Of a stretch of DNA of 64,000 nt, positions 1-10,658 are shown one piece after another (the stretch's first letter is position 1; every line of letters begins with the position of its first letter). Source of the stretch: Thermodesulfobacteriota bacterium (GTDB lineage Bacteria > Desulfobacterota > Binatia > Bin18). The position numbers and the translations under genes were made by a program. The notes under the pieces are model-generated. The model worked only from the letters and a program-made list of their open reading frames with translations, made no database searches and had not been told where the DNA came from. The stretch covers positions 3,648,001 to 3,712,000 of the forward strand of contig OZ219926.1 in NCBI GenBank assembly GCA_964291405.2, given 5' to 3'.

Positions 1-763
<763 letters not shown>

Positions 764-841
764 GATGAGAAGGGGGCAGGGAACCCACCCCGCCCCTTCG
801 ACTAGGCTCAGGACAGGCGCTAACGCGGCACCTCTCCAGGG

Positions 842-1040
842 CCGTGTTATGTAAATTACATTACCCGGCGGCCCCCCGCCCCTGCGCAGTTCCTGTCCGC
901 AGCAGGGGCTAGGAGTGCGGGCTTCCAGCCCGCAAGCGGCCAAGATGGCCGCTCTCCCAGGAAGCGTGAGGGCAAGCGGCCCGAGGCGGGGGCCGCCGGA
1001 CCGGCCCCGAGAGGCTCACGACACAATGCACATCACACGT
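842..1040 (+). mobile_element. MITE-like ~200 bp non-autonomous element, copy 1
   Basis: Close copy of 21383-21582; imperfect terminal IRs cgtgttatgtaaatt / aatgcacatcacacg; flanking direct repeat ccaggg at 836-841 and 1041-1046. Confidence 0.75.
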
Positions 1041-1061
1041 CCAGGGAGGGGAGCTCTGAAA

Positions 1062-1448
1062 CTAATGGGTTGGCAGGGGAGAAAAGTGGGCGCTGACGAT
1101 CTTCCACTGACCGTCTTCTTTGCCGAAGACGAGGGTGGTCCGTCCGTTTAGGGTGCTGACCTGCCCGTCCTTCCCCACCGAGGTGAAGGTATCATAGCCG
1201 TTTGCCACACCGGCACTCCTGCCAATGGTCCGGCAGGACAGTTGGCGCAGACCGGAGTTGGCCGAGGTAACGCCTGCCATCGCCCCCCGCAAAAACTCGG
1301 CGAACTCCGCCTTGCTGTCAAACCGGTAGGGAACGTGGTCAATCACCTCAAGGTCTTCGGACAACATGCCAATCGCCTTTTCCACGTCCAATTGCGCAAA
1401 GGCGTCAAAGAACCCTCTGGCCGCGGCTTCGATTTCTCGTGCACTCAT
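1062..1448 (-). CDS. NTF2/SnoaL-like (DUF4440-type) protein
   Basis: 128 aa, C-terminal GRTTLVF..DGQWKIVSAHFS; GGAGG RBS upstream. Confidence 0.8.
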   Translation of the reverse strand: MSAREIEAAARGFFDAFAQLDVEKAIGMLSEDLEVIDHVPYRFDSKAEFAEFLRGAMAGVTSANSGLRQLSCRTIGRSAGVANGYDTFTSVGKDGQVSTLNGRTTLVFGKEDGQWKIVSAHFSPLPTH

Positions 1449-1614
1449 AGCTTCCTCCCGTATGGATTATAGTGTCCCGTCTGCTTAGCGGGACCAGGAA
1501 CGGGATGCAAGCCGGTCTGGCCGTTCAGAGGCAGCGGTTGCGGAATTGCGCTTTCTCAGGCAGAAAGAGGCTCGATAACGAAGGCCAGCAGTACCCCGGC
1601 TCCGGAGGGGATGT

Positions 1615-1670
1615 AAAGAGTAAACGTATCCTCCAATAGATATGAGATGCCGGACACGTTTACTCTTTTT
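1615..1670 (+). promoter_or_regulatory. Long inverted repeat in leader of DUF1329-DUF1302 operon (attenuator/terminator or operator)
   Basis: aaagagtaaacgtatcc (1615-1631) pairs 16/17 with ggacacgtttactcttt (1652-1668), ending in a T run. Confidence 0.5.
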
Positions 1671-1698
1671 GGGCTGAGGCTTTCTCAGGAGAAACCGC

Positions 1699-2970
1699 GT
1701 GACAAGTATTTTTCGTGGAGGGTGTGTCCTCCTGTGCTGCCTGGTGTCCTGGGTCGTGTTCGGATCTTTTTCCTCGGTTGCCCAGGCTCAAGAGAACGAA
1801 CGTGAGCGCATTCTTGAAAATTTCTTTCTCTACCGAGACGGGCCGCTACAGGTGGAGGGCATCCAGCCCGGCCTGAAACTTGATGCCACCAACGCCTCAG
1901 TCGCTTCGGCGGTCTTGCCGCCGGAGATTCTGACCTATCTGGCGGCGGGTGACTTTTCGATTACCGTGCAGGAGACCACGGACCTGCCACTTCGACAGTC
2001 CTTTATTGATGCAACGCTTCAACACTACCGTGGAGTCGTGGTCGGGGAGGGCGACCTCCAGAATTATGTGGCCGGCCAGCCTTTTCCCGTGCTTCAGGCG
2101 GACGACCCGCAGGCCGGTCTGAAAGCGGCCTGGAACCTGCGCTACCGCGACCAGGGCGACGACGCGCAAATGTGGGCGACGAACAGCCTGGTCAATGGCA
2201 GTGGCAATACCGAACGCTCGCAGACCTTTGCCTTTTTCTCGCTCTACGGTATGCATCGCCCCGACAGCGCCAGGAATATCGCGCAGTGGGAGAAACACGG
2301 CATCTACACCAAACAATACACCCGTATGCTGGCGCCGTCCGACAGCGAGGGCAATCAGATCCTGGCCGTGCAGCCCGACAACGATTTCCTGCCGCACGAC
2401 CAGTGGGCCTACGATCCAGAGACGCGCCGCACCCGTAAAATTGTCTATATGCCATACATCTCGCCTGGGCGGGGCGTGGTGCTGATTGAGGACCGCTCCG
2501 GCTTCCTTGGCTATATTCACGCCTATGACTGGAAATATCTGCGCGAGCAAACCGTCCTGACACCGGGGCCGATCCGGGCCAGTGCCCCTACCTGGGGCGG
2601 GCGTGGCAATTGGTATCCGGTTGACCCCTGGGAGCTGCGCCGGGCCGTGGTGGTTGAGGCCACGCCGAAAAATTCGCATCCCCTGTACAGCAAGCGCATC
2701 CTGTATATCGATGTTCAGACCTCTCTGCCCTTATTTGCCTTTACGTATGACCACGAGGGGCAGCATAAACGGAGCTTTCTGGTGGTCGCCCGGCACCCCG
2801 AATTCAACCCGTGGGGCAATAAGGACTGGGTGGCGCAGATTGCCGCCCAGGGTTCGATTGACTATCAGCTTGAGCGGGCCAATAATTTTCAGATCACCAA
2901 GATTCTCCTGAATCGGGACCTCCCCCCGAGTCAGTTCACTGTCATGACCCTCATGCTGCGCGGGAAGTAA
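1699..2970 (+). CDS. DUF1329 domain exported protein
   Basis: Signal peptide; GQPFP..DPQAGLKAAWN, WAYDPETRRTRK, HPLYSKRILYID motifs. Confidence 0.8.
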   Translation: MTSIFRGGCVLLCCLVSWVVFGSFSSVAQAQENERERILENFFLYRDGPLQVEGIQPGLKLDATNASVASAVLPPEILTYLAAGDFSITVQETTDLPLRQSFIDATLQHYRGVVVGEGDLQNYVAGQPFPVLQADDPQAGLKAAWNLRYRDQGDDAQMWATNSLVNGSGNTERSQTFAFFSLYGMHRPDSARNIAQWEKHGIYTKQYTRMLAPSDSEGNQILAVQPDNDFLPHDQWAYDPETRRTRKIVYMPYISPGRGVVLIEDRSGFLGYIHAYDWKYLREQTVLTPGPIRASAPTWGGRGNWYPVDPWELRRAVVVEATPKNSHPLYSKRILYIDVQTSLPLFAFTYDHEGQHKRSFLVVARHPEFNPWGNKDWVAQIAAQGSIDYQLERANNFQITKILLNRDLPPSQFTVMTLMLRGK

Positions 2971-2974
2971 GGCA

Positions 2975-4783
2975 GTGGCAATCTCTATTCCAGCGGACGT
3001 TGAGATGTCGGCCGGTCTGCCGAGGAAACAGTTATGGGTCGGCCTGCTGGTGGGCGTATTGCTGGGCCTTCAGTCCGGCCTGGCCTGGGCGGTTTTTCTC
3101 GATCAGGACGAAAGCCTGCGCTTCAGCGGCCGCGTCTACAACCGCACCGCCTTTTCCGTTGAGCGGGCCGCGGAAAATACGCGCCTCCAGACTCCCTATA
3201 ACGACTGGAATATGCTCCAGAACCGGACGTTTATTCAGGGCGAGTTGAGCCATGACCTGACCGGTCTGGTAGCGGGGAACGCGACCGGGCTGCTGGCACC
3301 GTTGCAAGCGCTCCTCGCCCCCCTGCGGCTGCTGAGAGCGGATACTCTCGACTATTTTATGACCTACCGAGGGGAATACGACGGGGTGTGGGACTATGGC
3401 CCGGCGGTTTTTCGGGAACGCTATCCGCTGTTTGCGGACTGCGGCACGCCGACCAAGGCAAAGCGGGCCCACCCCCGGCGCTTTGACTGTCAGCATGCCG
3501 ACCCGCGCCAACGCTTGCGGCATCGGCATCGTTTGTTTGAAGCCTATGTGAACTATGCCTATGGGCCGTTCTTCCTGCGGATCGGACGCCAGAACCTGTC
3601 GTGGGGTGAGACCGATGTGTTTCGCCTCCTGGATCAGATCAACCCACTCGACGCCGGCTTTGGCGGCTTTCTGGTGTCACTCGATGAGCGCCGGGTTCCG
3701 CTCGATATGGCCCGGGTCGTGTATGGCTTCGGCGGCGTGGGTCCGCTGTCCGAGCTCAACCTCGAAGGCTTTCTGGTCTTTGACGATAAAATTGCCGCGC
3801 CCGTGCCGACCGGCTCTCCCTGGTCCACACCCAACCCGCCGGGGGTCACCGGTCTGATCAAAAAACCCTCAAAGAATTTCGCGGACGCGCGTGGGGGCGG
3901 GCGCATTGTTGGCGTGTGGGGCGAGGTCATGTTCAGCCTGGCCCACTACGCCACCTATCTGGATACGCCCGTGCTGCGTATCGTCACGCCGACCAACCGA
4001 CCCGTCAGTCTGGACGCTTTTGAGGCTGCGGTACAGGCCGGCGACACGGGTCGCTTTTTGACCGACCACTTCCGGGCCGAGGCGCTGTATCCGAAAATAC
4101 AGATCAGTGGCGGCTCGCTCACTTTCGGCGTGCCCCGCATCTCGTCCATCCTCCGTAGCGAGTTCGCCTATTTTCACTCTGAGCCGTTTTTTCACAATTC
4201 CGCCTCGGACCAGCTTTTGGGACCGGCCTTAACGGGTGGGATCACACCCGGCTTCCAACAGGTCGGCACCGACCCGGATACGGGTCGCCCTTTGATTCGC
4301 TACCGGAATAAGATCACCCGATCCGATGTGGTGCGCTGGTCTCTCGGGCTAGATATGACCCGCTATATCAGCCTGCTGAACCCGAACGAATCCTTTCTCA
4401 TCAGCAGCCAGATTTTTGGGCGACACATCCTGGATTTTAATGACACGCCGGTCTCGGCGGTGTCGGGCTCGTACGGCTTCGGACACTTTGCCGCGCCGAT
4501 TTACGAGCCCAACCGGGACAATCAGAGCTTTGTCAACATCGACCAGCACCAACTGATTCAAACCCTGTTGATCTCAACCGCCTATTTCTCGGGCAGGGTC
4601 GAGCCCAAGCTGATCTTTTTGTACGACTGGCAAGGGTCCTGGCTGGTCCAGCCCGAAATCACGTTTATCCGCGATCCGTTCCGCTTTACCGTGCAGTATA
4701 ATTATCTGGATGGTCAGTATAACGGCATTGGTTTTCTGCGCGATCGTGACAACGTCATCATCCAGTTAGAGGCGGTTATTTAA
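2975..4783 (+). CDS. DUF1302 family outer-membrane beta-barrel protein (start may be 3005)
   Basis: LFEAYV..RIGRQNLSWGETDVFRLLDQINPLD, C-terminal RDRDNV; adjacent to DUF1329. Confidence 0.75.
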   Translation: MAISIPADVEMSAGLPRKQLWVGLLVGVLLGLQSGLAWAVFLDQDESLRFSGRVYNRTAFSVERAAENTRLQTPYNDWNMLQNRTFIQGELSHDLTGLVAGNATGLLAPLQALLAPLRLLRADTLDYFMTYRGEYDGVWDYGPAVFRERYPLFADCGTPTKAKRAHPRRFDCQHADPRQRLRHRHRLFEAYVNYAYGPFFLRIGRQNLSWGETDVFRLLDQINPLDAGFGGFLVSLDERRVPLDMARVVYGFGGVGPLSELNLEGFLVFDDKIAAPVPTGSPWSTPNPPGVTGLIKKPSKNFADARGGGRIVGVWGEVMFSLAHYATYLDTPVLRIVTPTNRPVSLDAFEAAVQAGDTGRFLTDHFRAEALYPKIQISGGSLTFGVPRISSILRSEFAYFHSEPFFHNSASDQLLGPALTGGITPGFQQVGTDPDTGRPLIRYRNKITRSDVVRWSLGLDMTRYISLLNPNESFLISSQIFGRHILDFNDTPVSAVSGSYGFGHFAAPIYEPNRDNQSFVNIDQHQLIQTLLISTAYFSGRVEPKLIFLYDWQGSWLVQPEITFIRDPFRFTVQYNYLDGQYNGIGFLRDRDNVIIQLEAVI

Positions 4784-4787
4784 CCCC

Positions 4788-5186
4788 TTACGTATCGAAA
4801 TGATACATGTTTTGGTCGAACCGGTCACAGGCGAGGCAGAACACAAAAACCAGCGGCTCGGTACCGGTGCAGCGGATGGTATGCTTCGCGTTAGACGGGA
4901 TATAGACGGCTGAGCCCGGGCCGAGAGATGCTTCGGAATCGTCAATCGCCACGTGACCGGAGCCGCTGACGATATAATAGTTCTCCTCAGGTTCGTGGTG
5001 ATGGAGGGGAAGCGACACGCCGGGCGGCAGTTCCGCTATACCGGTGACGAGTCCGCTACTTGCATCGCGTTCGCCTGTGACGAGAAGCTTCCAGCGGCAT
5101 GGACTCTTCGCGGCAAGGTCCGGGTCCGTCCAGCCTTCCCAGTCCAGCTCGCCTTGATGGCGGATAACAGGTTTCTGTACAGGCAT
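4788..5186 (-). CDS. Cupin protein, DddW/DddK-like
   Basis: Cupin motifs HHHEPEENYY and YIPSNAKH; RWKLLVTGER N-terminal segment resembles DddW. Confidence 0.7.
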   Translation of the reverse strand: MPVQKPVIRHQGELDWEGWTDPDLAAKSPCRWKLLVTGERDASSGLVTGIAELPPGVSLPLHHHEPEENYYIVSGSGHVAIDDSEASLGPGSAVYIPSNAKHTIRCTGTEPLVFVFCLACDRFDQNMYHFDT

Positions 5187-5256
5187 ATTTGGTTAATTGA
5201 CCGTTGTCATGACTTGAATGAGGCATGCCGGGAAAGGTCTACTCTTGTTTCTGCCT

Positions 5257-5709
5257 TTACGCTTCGAGATCCAGTGGATCGAGGGCGTTGGCTTCTCCGC
5301 GCCGCATGCGCTCCAGCCCATCTTCGCCAACATTATAGTACAGCTCGAATTGATTTCCCTCGGGATCAAGAAAATAGATGCTCTTGGTAATACCGTGATC
5401 AATCGTGGCGGTGATCTTCACGTCGTGGGCCTTGAGCGTCTGATAGCTCTCTTTTAACTCGTCGAAGTTCTCGACCTGGAGGGCGACGTGGTGCAGGCCG
5501 ACTTGTTTGTTTTTCACCGGCTCGGCCTCTGGCGGCACTTCCAGGACAGCCAGATCGTGGTGTTGCTCACCCAGGGTGAAGAATACACCCCGTGGCCGTT
5601 TGAGCCGGGTGACAACCTCAAAGCCCAGCACCTCGGTATAAAACTGCTCAGCGCGGACGAGGTCACACGCTTTGAGTACGACATGGCCGACTTTTTTCGG
5701 GCGAATCAT
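5257..5709 (-). CDS. VOC/glyoxalase family protein
   Basis: VGHVVL..FYTEVLGF, HHDLA, GLHHVAL, DHG..SIYFLDPEGNQFELY; GGAGG RBS before ATG 5709. Confidence 0.85.
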   Translation of the reverse strand: MIRPKKVGHVVLKACDLVRAEQFYTEVLGFEVVTRLKRPRGVFFTLGEQHHDLAVLEVPPEAEPVKNKQVGLHHVALQVENFDELKESYQTLKAHDVKITATIDHGITKSIYFLDPEGNQFELYYNVGEDGLERMRRGEANALDPLDLEA

Positions 5710-5841
5710 GGCAGGCCCTCCTTTTTCTCTACACGTCCCCATACCACGGGCATCCCAATACCGTAAAGCTTGCAGCAAAGGCTGAGGTTGACACAGGACA
5801 AAACCCCACGGTATGCCCAGTGCATTATGGAGGAGGGCGGT

Positions 5842-6987
5842 ATGACGACGACGGGGCGCTATGTGTCCGCCGATGGCCATGTGGTGGAACCCGCAGATCT
5901 GTGGACCACCAGAATGGATAGGCAGTTTCGTGACCGGGCGCCACGGGTGGAGTCGCGCCCGGAGGCCGATTACTACATCATTGATGGCTTGTCTCCCTTC
6001 CCGGTCGGTCTTGAAGGCGCGACCATGGAGGACAAGATTGCCGGAGAGATTACCACTGTGGTCGGCCATCGGCATGGCGAAACCCGTCCTGGCGCGTGGG
6101 ACCCCCAAGCCCGCCTTGCGGACCAGGACATGGATCACCTCAAGGCGGAGGTGATTTATCCCGGTCTTTTTGGCTTGCAGTTCTGGACCGCTCCCGACGT
6201 TGTCTACCAACGGGCGTGTTGGCGGGTGTATAACGACTGGCTGAGTGAATTCTGCGCCGCGGCCCCGGAGCGGCTTATCGGGGCCGGATTTTTACCCATG
6301 AAAGGCCCTATGGGGTGGGCGATTGAAGAGGCGCAACGCATTGCTCGAAAGCCGGGTTTGCGTTCGATCTCGATTCCGGCCGAGGTCGCGGACCGCTCAT
6401 ACCGGCATGCGGAATTCGATCTCCTGTGGGAAGTGCTCCAGGATATCGGCCTGCCCGTGTCCATCCATTCCGGGACAAGCACGGGGGAGCCGTTTGCAAC
6501 AAAATTCGAGCGCTTGGGCATGGGTATGGGGGTGGTGAACACCAAGATTTCCTTGCCCATGCACGCCTTGGCCGATCTCATCTGGGGAGCCGTGCCGTGC
6601 CGCTACCCTAAACTCAGGTTTGTTATTGTCGAGGGTGGCATCGGCTGGATTGCCGCCCTCTTGCGGCTGATGGACCACTGGTGGGCCGACCATCATCGCT
6701 GGATGGAGCCGCGGCTGGACGAAGCGCCGAGTACGTATTTCAAGCGGCAGTTCTGGGCCACGTTTGAGGATGACCGGGCCGGTATTCTGACCCGAGAACT
6801 GCTGGGGACGGACCGGCTGATGTGGGGCTCGGACTATCCGCATACCGAGGGAACCTTCCCCCGTTCTCAGCAACAAATCACGCAGGACTTCGCGGGTGTG
6901 CCCGAGTCTGAGGTGCATCAAATGGTGGTCAGTAATGCGGCTGGCCTGTACGGGATTGAGGGAGAGCAACTCATACGCAGGAGTTGA
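5842..6987 (+). CDS. Amidohydrolase_2 family metal-dependent hydrolase, paralog 1
   Basis: SADGHVVEP, YNDWLSEFC, VEGGIGW, MWGSDYPHTEGTFP. Confidence 0.9.
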   Translation: MTTTGRYVSADGHVVEPADLWTTRMDRQFRDRAPRVESRPEADYYIIDGLSPFPVGLEGATMEDKIAGEITTVVGHRHGETRPGAWDPQARLADQDMDHLKAEVIYPGLFGLQFWTAPDVVYQRACWRVYNDWLSEFCAAAPERLIGAGFLPMKGPMGWAIEEAQRIARKPGLRSISIPAEVADRSYRHAEFDLLWEVLQDIGLPVSIHSGTSTGEPFATKFERLGMGMGVVNTKISLPMHALADLIWGAVPCRYPKLRFVIVEGGIGWIAALLRLMDHWWADHHRWMEPRLDEAPSTYFKRQFWATFEDDRAGILTRELLGTDRLMWGSDYPHTEGTFPRSQQQITQDFAGVPESEVHQMVVSNAAGLYGIEGEQLIRRS

Positions 6988-7017
6988 GCGGTTATCTGAA
7001 CGAAGGAGGGAATACTC

Positions 7018-8136
7018 ATGGAAATAAATATCACTGGTGGATATGTGTCGGCTGACGGCCATGTGGTCGAGCCCGCAGACTTATGGACAACCCGGATGGA
7101 TAAACGCTTTCGTGACCGGGCGCCGCGCGTAGAGTCCAAACCGGAAGCCGACTTTTACATTATAGACGGGCTGGAACCCTTACCCGTGGGACTCGAAGGC
7201 GTCTCGATGGAAGACAAGATTGCAGGGGAGATCATCTCGCCGCAGGGCCGTCGGCATGCGGACACGCGGCCTGGGGCGTGGGACCCGCAGGCCCGATTGA
7301 CCGACCAGGAGATGGATCATCTGCGGGCTGAGGTCATGTACCCTGGAGTGGGGCTCTTTCTGAGCGCTGCGCCTGATGCCGAATACCAACGCGAGTGTTT
7401 TCGGGTGTATAACGACTGGCTGAGCGAGTTCTGTGCGGCTGCCCCGGACCGCTTCCTGGGTGTTGGCTTGCTGCCCCTGCGAGGGCCTGTTGAATGGGCG
7501 ATTGAGGAGGCTGGACGCATTGCCCAAAAGGGTCTCCGGTCGATTTCGATTCCGTCTGAGATTGCCGCTCGACCCTATCGGTCAGCCGAATACGATCCCT
7601 TATGGGAGGTGCTCCAGGATATTGGTCTCCCGATTTCGATACACGTAGGCACGGATGAGCCCTTCTATATGAAGGCGGACCGGATGGGAGTGGGCAAAGC
7701 CTTTGTTGACACCAAGATTTGCGCCATGGAGCGGGCCATGGCCGATCTCATCTGGGCCGCTATCCCGCAGCGCTATCCAGGGCTACGCTTTGTCCTGGCC
7801 GAGGGCGGCATTGGCTGGGTCGCCTCGGTGCTGCGCAGCATGGACCACTGGTGGGCCGACCACCGGCACTGGATGGAACCACAGGTCGATGAAGCACCCA
7901 GCTTTTATTTTCAGCGCCAGTTCTGGGCCACGTTTGAGGATGACCGGGCGGGTATTCTGACGCGGGAACTCATTGGCGTTGATCGTTTGATGTGGGGCTC
8001 TGATTATCCGCACACCGAGGGCACGTTTCCGTATTCTCAGGAGCAGATCATGAAAGACTTGCTCGGCGTACCTGAAGACGAAGCCTATAAGATGGTAGCC
8101 GGCAATGCGGCGAGTCTGTACGGTTTGAGTGCCTAG
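7018..8136 (+). CDS. Amidohydrolase_2 family metal-dependent hydrolase, paralog 2
   Basis: Same motifs; tandem paralog of 5842-6987. Confidence 0.9.
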   Translation: MEINITGGYVSADGHVVEPADLWTTRMDKRFRDRAPRVESKPEADFYIIDGLEPLPVGLEGVSMEDKIAGEIISPQGRRHADTRPGAWDPQARLTDQEMDHLRAEVMYPGVGLFLSAAPDAEYQRECFRVYNDWLSEFCAAAPDRFLGVGLLPLRGPVEWAIEEAGRIAQKGLRSISIPSEIAARPYRSAEYDPLWEVLQDIGLPISIHVGTDEPFYMKADRMGVGKAFVDTKICAMERAMADLIWAAIPQRYPGLRFVLAEGGIGWVASVLRSMDHWWADHRHWMEPQVDEAPSFYFQRQFWATFEDDRAGILTRELIGVDRLMWGSDYPHTEGTFPYSQEQIMKDLLGVPEDEAYKMVAGNAASLYGLSA

Positions 8137-8196
8137 AGATGGGGTGCTCCCCATCTGAGCGGGGTGTCCCTCACGGAACATAGAGAGGAGAGAGTA

Positions 8197-8853
8197 ATGG
8201 CAGAAGAAACAGAAGCCGGCATTTTTGAGATCATGTATTCGACCCGCGCAATGCGGCGACTCAAACCTGACCCTATTCCGGAAGAAACCCTCAAGAAGAT
8301 TGTTGACGCCGGTATCCGGGCGCCCAGCGGCGGCAATATGCAGGACTGGGCGTTTATCCTGGTGAGAGACACCGAGCGGAAACGGTTTATCCGCGACTAT
8401 TACTGGAATACCTGGCAGACGCTCATGGGCGAGCGGGGTATCCCTGACGATATGCCTCCGGCGCAGCAACGCATGCTGAACGCGGCCGCGCATTTGGCCG
8501 TGCATCTGGACGAAGCGCCGGTGCTCCTGCTGGCCTGTGCGAAAACGGAATATCCGCCGCTGGCCGCTATGCAGCATGAGCGCGCCAATGCCGCGGTCAT
8601 CCACGGCACGATCTATCCGGCGGTCCAGAACATTCTGCTGGCCTGCCGCGCCCTGGGGGTTGGAGCCACGCTGACGACCATCCATTGTTTCTTTGAGGAA
8701 GAGCTGAAACAGCGCTTCGATATCCCGGAGGACATGGAAGTCTCGGCGCTGATTCCGATGGGTTATCCGCAAGGCAAGTTCGGGCCGGTCTCACGCGCGC
8801 CGGTCGAGGATGTCATCCATTGGGATGCCTGGGAGAGCAAGCAGACAGGGTGA
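8197..8853 (+). CDS. Nitroreductase family protein
   Basis: RAMRRLKPDPIP, APSGGNMQDW, AVQNILLACRALGVG, IPMGYP. Confidence 0.9.
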   Translation: MAEETEAGIFEIMYSTRAMRRLKPDPIPEETLKKIVDAGIRAPSGGNMQDWAFILVRDTERKRFIRDYYWNTWQTLMGERGIPDDMPPAQQRMLNAAAHLAVHLDEAPVLLLACAKTEYPPLAAMQHERANAAVIHGTIYPAVQNILLACRALGVGATLTTIHCFFEEELKQRFDIPEDMEVSALIPMGYPQGKFGPVSRAPVEDVIHWDAWESKQTG

Positions 8854-8868
8854 GAAAAGGAGGAGCGT

Positions 8869-9267
8869 ATGGGAGCTGCCGAAAACAAAAAGCTGATCCA
8901 GGCTGCCTTTGACGCCTGGGCTGATGGAGACGGTGCGGCGTTCTTCAATATTCTGGCCGAGGATGTTCAATGGACGGTGATTGGCTCCGGCCCCGTCTCG
9001 CGGGCCTACACCAGCCGTCAGGCATTTTTGGACGGTGCGGCCAAGCCGTTGAACGCCAAGCTGGCCGGGCCCATTCAGCCCACGGTGGTGAATATCATTG
9101 CCGAAGGAGACAACGTCGTCCTGCAATGGGAAGGTAAGGCCACGGCCAAATCCGGGAAACCCTATAACAACAGCTATTGTTGGGTAATGCGGGTCGCGGA
9201 CGGTAAGGTGCGAGAAGGCACGGCCTATATTGACACGGCGCTGGTGGCCGACTTGTGGCAGTCATAG
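8869..9267 (+). CDS. SnoaL-like / ketosteroid isomerase-related protein
   Basis: IAEGDNVV, GKPYNNSYCWV, YIDTA. Confidence 0.85.
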   Translation: MGAAENKKLIQAAFDAWADGDGAAFFNILAEDVQWTVIGSGPVSRAYTSRQAFLDGAAKPLNAKLAGPIQPTVVNIIAEGDNVVLQWEGKATAKSGKPYNNSYCWVMRVADGKVREGTAYIDTALVADLWQS

Positions 9268-9296
9268 CCAGTGCCTGAAGCTGTCTCTATAGGCGT

Positions 9297-10487
9297 TCAG
9301 GCCCAAATCGCGTCGTCATCCATCAGCGGGATGCCAAAGGCCGTCTTGCCCAGCAGCTCTAAGGTCTGGTCTGTACTAACGGGATGAAACAGGGCGGCCC
9401 GTACGTCGCGGTAATACCGCTCCAAAGGGAAACGCTTAAAATACGAGGCTCCCCCAACAGCTCGTAAGGCCAGATCGACGACCCGGACCGCGTTCTCCAT
9501 CGCAACGGTGCGCGCCGCTACGCTTTTGCGTACCCACATCTGCGGGTCTTCGATGTCCGCCTCGGCTGCGGCCTTCCACACTATGGCACGGGCGCTCTCG
9601 ATCAGCAGGTCCATCTCTCCGACCTTGTTATACACGCTGGGCAGATGACTCATGGGGGTTTTGAGAGGAAAGCGAGGACGGTCACGCATAAATTCGACCA
9701 CGAAATCCCGCGCGGCAACGGCAATGCCGAGGTAGGGCGCAGCAATTGTAAACGGCGCTCTGAGAAAAAGATTCGTAATTCCGCCACGGGTAAAAGCTGG
9801 CCGTTGTAGGGTCACGGCCGACTCTGGAACAAATGCCTGTGTGAGGGTGGTACTCCGTGACGCCGTTGCGCGCATCCCCAGGGTATACCAGTCGTCCTTG
9901 AAGATAAGACCCGGCGTGTCGGGCAGGATGAGGAAGGAGATAATGGTTTCCCCTTCAGGGCCATCTTGCCACAACGCTTCGCTGAAATAGCGGTCCAGCG
10001 CAATACTCTGGGTACTAAAGATTTTCCGGCCACTGACCTGCCAGCCACCGTTTACCCGTTCCGCAACAGCCCGAGGTCGTAAAACAGGAATGGCATTATC
10101 CGGCTCAGATGCCGAACCACCGCAGATCAACCGCTCACGGGCAATGCCCCGCAGGATATCGGCCCGTTTGGAATCGTGGAACCTGCGCCATAAATCGACC
10201 AGCAGGCCAATAACATTAAAGTGCATGTTAATAGCCAGGGCAGTCGGCGCACAGCCTTGGCCGAGACGTTCCTGGGCCTTGATCCGTTCCAACAGACTCG
10301 CGCCACCACCTCCCAGCTCTTCGGGGATAGTCATGATGGTGTAGCCGCTCTCCTTGAGACGAGCGTAGTTTTCGTACGGAAAAGACCCCTCCTCATCATG
10401 CTGGGCCGCACGTTGGGCAAAGTCATCGGCCAGTGATGCCGCCAGGTCAATAAATCGTTGCTCGCGTGGTGTATGGAACTGATTCAT
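9297..10487 (-). CDS. Acyl-CoA dehydrogenase family protein
   Basis: PEELGGGG, VSGRKIFST, LGMRATAS, LERYYRDVRA. Confidence 0.88.
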   Translation of the reverse strand: MNQFHTPREQRFIDLAASLADDFAQRAAQHDEEGSFPYENYARLKESGYTIMTIPEELGGGGASLLERIKAQERLGQGCAPTALAINMHFNVIGLLVDLWRRFHDSKRADILRGIARERLICGGSASEPDNAIPVLRPRAVAERVNGGWQVSGRKIFSTQSIALDRYFSEALWQDGPEGETIISFLILPDTPGLIFKDDWYTLGMRATASRSTTLTQAFVPESAVTLQRPAFTRGGITNLFLRAPFTIAAPYLGIAVAARDFVVEFMRDRPRFPLKTPMSHLPSVYNKVGEMDLLIESARAIVWKAAAEADIEDPQMWVRKSVAARTVAMENAVRVVDLALRAVGGASYFKRFPLERYYRDVRAALFHPVSTDQTLELLGKTAFGIPLMDDDAIWA

Positions 10488-10658
10488 GGCTGTCCCCTTC
10501 CGTACGGCGGCCTGAGCGAATCTGTTTGTTCGGTGCCACACTCTACCAGCCTCAGTCCCGGCTTTGCCATATGTGACCGCCTCTTGTATTCTTGGCGATT
10601 CTCACGGAAAAGGTCTCAAAAGAGAAATATTGCACCGGCGAGAAAAGGAGGCGGGATC

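Noticed and set aside
915-1151. Short ORFs repeated at 915, 21359 and 44928
   Set aside because: They are translations of the MITE/REP sequence, not credible genes
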